DNA of 64,000 nt from an uncultured Holophagaceae bacterium. Its GTDB lineage: Bacteria; Acidobacteriota; Holophagae; Holophagales; Holophagaceae. Under the pieces are notes generated by a model that saw only the letters and a program-made list of their open reading frames with translations, was not told the origin of the DNA and did no database searches. Shown piece by piece: positions 59,485 through 64,000 of this stretch. The stretch is taken from contig CAWFOJ010000138.1 of NCBI GenBank assembly GCA_963816585.1, positions 3,676 to 67,675 of the forward strand. Direction: 5' to 3'. Each line of letters starts with the position of its first letter. The stretch's first letter is position 1. The position numbers and the translations under genes are program-made.

Positions 59485-62046
59485 GTGTCCAATGCCCCAC
59501 GCCCCCAGCCGACCGGCGCCCCGGCGCCCGAGCCGGAGCCCGTCCTGGGGGCGGACCGGCTCCGGCCCGTGCGGCGGATCGTCCTGGGCTATGCCTTGTT
59601 CGCCGGGCTGTGGATCCTTCTTTCCGACCGGGCGATTGGGTGGTTGTTCCAGGATCCCCAGAAGCTGGTGCTGGCCAGCTCCCTGAAGGGCCTGGTGTTC
59701 GTGCTGGTCACCTCGGTCATGCTGTTCGCGGCCCTGGCCCGCGACCGGCGCGCCCTGGCCGAACGGGAGGCCAGGAACCGCCGCCAGGAGCAGGAAAAGC
59801 TCCGCGCCTTGCACCTGCTGGGCGTGTTGAGCGAAGCGTCCCCGGACGCCATCTACGTGAAGGACCTCCAGGGGCGCTACCTGCTGTTCAACCGCGCCGC
59901 CGGGCAGATGGTGGGCAAGGACCCGGAGGAGGTGCTGGGCCAGGATGACCGGGCGATTTTCCCCCCGGGCGAGGCCGAGGCCATCATGGCCCAGGACCAG
60001 CGGGTCATGGACCAGGGGGACGTGGCCACCTACGAGGCGCGGCTGACCACCACCGCGGGCGTCACCGATTTCCTGGTCACCCAGGGCCCGATCCGGGACG
60101 CGGCGATGCAGCCCTACGCCCTGTTCGGCGTGGCCCGGGACATCACCCAGAGCAAGCGGGTGGACGAGGCCCTGCGGGCCTCGGAACAGAAATTCTCCAA
60201 CATCTTCCGGATGAGCCCCGACCCCATCGACGTGACCAGGCTGGAGACCGGCGTGATGCTGGACTGCAACCCCAGCTACACCCGGGTGTTCGGCTACACC
60301 CGGGAGGAGGTCATCGGGCGCTCCAGCCTCCCCGGGGACCTGGGCGTGTGGGTGGACGCCCGGGAGCGGGACCGGCACCTGGCGGAACTCAAGGCCAACG
60401 GCATCGCCGTGGGCTTCGAGACGGTCCTGCGGCGCAAGGACGGCAGCACCTTCATCGCCGAGATCTCCTCGGCCGTCCTGGAAGTCCGGGGCGAGCCGTG
60501 CAACCTGTCCCTGGCCCGGGACATCACCGCCCAGAAACGGACGGAGGAGGCCCTGAGGGAAAGCAACCGGCGCCTGGAACTGGCCGTCCAGGCCGGCCAG
60601 CTGGGCATCTGGGACCGCAACCTGGAGGACGGCACCTACCTGTGGAGCGAACGGATGTGCGAGCTCTACGGCCTGGAACCCCACGAGAACCCGCCCAGTT
60701 TCGATACCTGGTACCGGACCTACCTGCACCCGGAGGACCGGGAGGCGTTCCAGGCGGGAGTGCAGGCCGCCCTCGACGGCAAGCAGTACTACCGCCTGGA
60801 GTTCCGGGTCATCCGCCGGGACGGCCGGGTCCTGCACCTGCGGTCCGAAGCCCAGGTGCTTCGGGATGCCCAGGGGCGGGCGGTGAGGATCATCGGCATC
60901 GCCATGGACCGCACCCGGCAAGTGGAGGCCCAAGCCGAGCAGCGGCGCCTGCAGGCGGAACTGCAGCACGCCGAGAAGCTGGAGAGCATCGGCAGCCTGG
61001 CTGGAGGCGTGGCCCACGACATGAACAACGTCCTGGCGGCCATCCTGGGCCTCACGTCGGCCCTGCGCAGCACCCTGGGCGACGAGGATGCCCAGGCCAA
61101 GCCCCTGGACACCATCATCCGCGCCTGCAACCGGGGCCGGGACGTGGTGAAGAGCCTGCTCTACTTCGCCCGCCGGGACCTGGAGACCGTGGGCCCGGTG
61201 AGCCTCAACATCATCGTCGAGGAGGTGGTGCACCTGCTCACCTACACCACCCTGAAGCGGGTCCGGACGGTGACCGACCTGCAGGAGCCCCTGCCCTGCA
61301 TCGAAGGGGACGGCGGCGCCCTCAGCCATGCCCTCATCAGCCTGTGCGTCAACGCCGTGGACGCCATGCCCGAAGGCGGCACCTTGAGCCTCGCCACCCG
61401 AATGGAAGGGGAGACCGTGGTGCTGCAGGTCCAGGACACCGGCCAGGGCATGACCCCCGAGGTGGTGCGCAGGTCCGTCGAGCCCTTCTTCACCACCAAG
61501 CCCGTGGGCAAGGGCACCGGGCTGGGCCTGGCCATGGTCTACGGTACCGTGAAGGCCCACAAGGGCACCTTCGAGATCCGCAGCGAGCCCGGGCAGGGCA
61601 CAGCGGTGATCCTGGGCTTCCCGGCCGTGGCCGGTTTCGTGGCCGCCAGCGCGCCGGCGCCCGCCGGCGCGGGGGTTCCGGCCCCCCGTTCGATCCGCAT
61701 CCTGCTGGTGGACGACGACGAACTCATCCGCACCTCGGTGGGCCCCATGCTCACGGCCCTCGGCCATGAAGTGCACCTGGCCGAGAGCGGCCAGGAAGCC
61801 CTGGACCGCCTGGGCTCGGGGCTGGAGGTGGACCTGGTGATCCTGGACCAGAACATGCCCGGGCTGAACGGCGCCCAGACTCTGGCCCGCCTGCTGGAAC
61901 TCCGCCCGGACCAGAAGGTGCTCATGGCCACCGGCTACAGTGACGATTCCCTGGGGCCCTTGCTGGCCGGCCGCCCCCGCGTGTCCAGCCTGCAGAAGCC
62001 TTTCAGCCTCCAGGAGATCCGGGCCAAGCTGGAAGCGATCAGCTGA
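59485..62046 (+). CDS. Hybrid sensor histidine kinase (2 TM, 3 PAS, HisKA, HATPase, REC)
   Basis: AGGVAHDMNN, VNAVDAM, DTGQG, EPFFTTK, GTGLGL, ILLVDDD...ILDQNMP. Confidence 0.95.
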   Translation: MSNAPRPQPTGAPAPEPEPVLGADRLRPVRRIVLGYALFAGLWILLSDRAIGWLFQDPQKLVLASSLKGLVFVLVTSVMLFAALARDRRALAEREARNRRQEQEKLRALHLLGVLSEASPDAIYVKDLQGRYLLFNRAAGQMVGKDPEEVLGQDDRAIFPPGEAEAIMAQDQRVMDQGDVATYEARLTTTAGVTDFLVTQGPIRDAAMQPYALFGVARDITQSKRVDEALRASEQKFSNIFRMSPDPIDVTRLETGVMLDCNPSYTRVFGYTREEVIGRSSLPGDLGVWVDARERDRHLAELKANGIAVGFETVLRRKDGSTFIAEISSAVLEVRGEPCNLSLARDITAQKRTEEALRESNRRLELAVQAGQLGIWDRNLEDGTYLWSERMCELYGLEPHENPPSFDTWYRTYLHPEDREAFQAGVQAALDGKQYYRLEFRVIRRDGRVLHLRSEAQVLRDAQGRAVRIIGIAMDRTRQVEAQAEQRRLQAELQHAEKLESIGSLAGGVAHDMNNVLAAILGLTSALRSTLGDEDAQAKPLDTIIRACNRGRDVVKSLLYFARRDLETVGPVSLNIIVEEVVHLLTYTTLKRVRTVTDLQEPLPCIEGDGGALSHALISLCVNAVDAMPEGGTLSLATRMEGETVVLQVQDTGQGMTPEVVRRSVEPFFTTKPVGKGTGLGLAMVYGTVKAHKGTFEIRSEPGQGTAVILGFPAVAGFVAASAPAPAGAGVPAPRSIRILLVDDDELIRTSVGPMLTALGHEVHLAESGQEALDRLGSGLEVDLVILDQNMPGLNGAQTLARLLELRPDQKVLMATGYSDDSLGPLLAGRPRVSSLQKPFSLQEIRAKLEAIS

Positions 62047-62069
62047 CCGCCGTCTCCCAGGAGGCTCCC

Positions 62070-62610
62070 ATGAGATTCAATCGGATTGCCTCGATCCTGT
62101 TCGGCGTGGTGATCGGCATTCCGTTCGTCTACGGGGCCCTGATCCTGTGGGTCAACTGGCCCATCCGGGACTTCACCATGGGCCGCAGCGGACTGTTCGG
62201 CGAAAGCTTCGGCTTCATCAACACCATCTTCTCGGGCCTGGCCTTCGCCGGCCTGATCCTGACCATCTACCTGCAGCGGCATGAACTGGCCGAATCCCAG
62301 GAGACCTTCCGCAAGGAGCGGTTCGAGGATTTACATCTGCCTGGTGGCGCCCGCGAACGACAATCTGCGCAACCTGATCCACCGTTCGGAACTCTCCCGG
62401 CACCGCATCCTGGAAAGCACCATCAACCACCACCACCTGGCTTTCTACCAGCAGCTGCACGGAGTCACCCTGGAGCACAACCAGCCCATCCTGCTGATGC
62501 CCTGCGACAAGAACGACCTGCGCCGGATCCGCAAGCGCCTCACTATGGACGGCGCGCGGGGGCGCAACCGGGAGATGGAGGTGGAGGAGCCGGAGACGGA
62601 GGACACCTAG
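62070..62610 (+). pseudogene. Disrupted putative phage abortive-infection (putAbiC-like) membrane protein
   Basis: GLFGESFGFINTIFSGLAFAGLILTIYLQ..EL......ERFE, then an out-of-frame junction near 62328 to a C-terminal-like part (IYICL...NLRNLI). Confidence 0.5.
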
Positions 62611-62846
62611 GATAGGCCCAGCGAACGGGTGGAACCATCGTGACCTGCCCGGGCGCTTGCGGGTCAGGTACCGGTCGTGCCCATGATGCTTCGGTAACTG
62701 CGGCCAAACGACTGAATCGCGGAGGACACCCATCCAATCCAGCTCGGTTATTTATTTGTTATAAACAAAAAACTTATAAAATTTTATCAAAGCCTTTCTC
62801 CGGGGAACTTGCTTATCCTTGTCCCTCTCAAACCCTGGAGCCCACC

Positions 62847-64000
62847 ATGCGATCCTGGATCCGTCCCGCCTTCCCAGGCTCCATCCTCCTGGCCCTTGTC
62901 GCCTGCAGCAGCACCGGCGGCGGGACCGCGCCCAAGTATTCCCCCGAACCCGAGGCGTCTCTGCAGAACGCCTGGGAGGACGCCTCCCGCACCGCCCACA
63001 CCCTCGTCCTGGACGGGTCGGCCATCCCCTACACCGCCACCGCCGGGCACCTCACCGCCATCGCCATGGACGGCAAGACGCCCGAAGCGGCCTTCTTCTA
63101 TGTGGCCTACACCGCCGACGGCCAGGACCCGGCCCAGCGCCCGGTGACCTTCTTCTACAACGGCGGCCCCGGCTCGTCTTCCGTATGGCTGCACCTGGGC
63201 TCCTTCGGGCCCCGCCGCCTGGTCACCGGCGATCCGGCCACCACCGAGCCCACCCCCTTCCCGCTGGTGGACAACTCCGACTGCCTGCTGGACACCACCG
63301 ACCTGGTGTACGTGGACGCGGTGGGCACCGGCCTGTCCGAGGCGGTGGCGCCCTACACCAACCGGGATTTCTGGGGCGTGGACCCGGACGCGGCGGTGTT
63401 CCGGGACTTCATCCGCACCTACCTGGCCGCCAACCGGCGCCAGGCCTCGCCGCTGTACCTGTTCGGGGAATCGTACGGCACGCCCCGCACCGCCGTGCTG
63501 GCCAACCTCCTCTGCGCCTCCGGCCAGCCTCCCGCCGGGGTGGTGCTGCAGTCTTCCATCCTGGACTACAACACCAACGGCGGCATGGGCAACGGCATCA
63601 GCTGCGCCGGGTTCGTGCCCGCCTACGCGGCCGTGGGCGCCTATTACCGCCTGGACATCCCCGAACCCGGGGACCTCACCGCCTTCCTGGGCCAGGTGCG
63701 CACCTTCACCACCTCCTCCTACACGCCCGCGGTGAACGGCTGGCTCACCGCCCAGACGCCTCCGGACCCCGCCCTGGTGAGCCAGCTGCAAGCGGACACC
63801 GGCATCGCCCCGAACCTGTGGACCCAGGACTTGAACCTGCAGCCCGGGGAGGTCCGGACCAGCCTGGTGCCCGGCGCCCTGATCGGGCGCTACGACGCAA
63901 GGGTCAGCGCCCCGACGGACAGTACCCTGGCCAGCGACGGAGACCCCTCGAGCACCTTCATCGCCCCCTCCTTCAGGACCGTCATCAGTCGGTACCTGCA
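62847..64000 (+). CDS. Peptidase S10 serine carboxypeptidase lipoprotein (3'-truncated by window edge; absent from ORF track)
   Basis: Manual translation: lipobox LALVAC, RPVTFFYNGGPGSSSVWLHLG, DLVYVDAVGTG, YLFGESYG. Confidence 0.92.
   Translation, partial: MRSWIRPAFPGSILLALVACSSTGGGTAPKYSPEPEASLQNAWEDASRTAHTLVLDGSAIPYTATAGHLTAIAMDGKTPEAAFFYVAYTADGQDPAQRPVTFFYNGGPGSSSVWLHLGSFGPRRLVTGDPATTEPTPFPLVDNSDCLLDTTDLVYVDAVGTGLSEAVAPYTNRDFWGVDPDAAVFRDFIRTYLAANRRQASPLYLFGESYGTPRTAVLANLLCASGQPPAGVVLQSSILDYNTNGGMGNGISCAGFVPAYAAVGAYYRLDIPEPGDLTAFLGQVRTFTTSSYTPAVNGWLTAQTPPDPALVSQLQADTGIAPNLWTQDLNLQPGEVRTSLVPGALIGRYDARVSAPTDSTLASDGDPSSTFIAPSFRTVISRYL

Noticed and set aside
62611-62745. Possible riboswitch upstream of the S10 peptidase
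   Set aside because: Only one modest hairpin and no recognisable aptamer consensus.

Overview
High-GC (about 70%) bacterial chromosomal segment. From protein style it is probably Acidobacteriota, Holophagaceae (Geothrix/Holophaga-like); this is recognition from memory, not a database search. It is mostly housekeeping: prfA, serS, ppiD, def-fmt, phhAB, cdd, ribE, ribB(X), trxA, waaA, mreBCD-mrdA-rodA, pncB, ligA, pyrR-pyrB and gpmI. A cysM-cysH-cysD-cysN sulfate-activation operon is also present. Many genes, including essential ones, carry single-base indels typical of uncorrected long-read assembly, so several ORF-track entries are split or fused. Main observations: (1) a family of ~380-bp multi-stem palindromic elements, present as two diverged full copies and one internally deleted copy, always between convergent gene ends, with compensatory stem changes and an inverted loop; (2) a lipoprotein with a 36-bp tandem-repeat stalk carrying a cholera/heat-labile-toxin-type ADP-ribosyltransferase domain, divergent from a degenerate wHTH-Fic protein; (3) overlapping RomR-like and RomY-like genes plus an SgmX-like TPR protein and a DUF4388 protein, i.e. 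parts of a Myxococcus-type cell-polarity module; (4) a 270-bp MITE with 30-bp perfect TIRs inserted at a CTAG. No rRNA, tRNA, CRISPR array or transposase was recognised.
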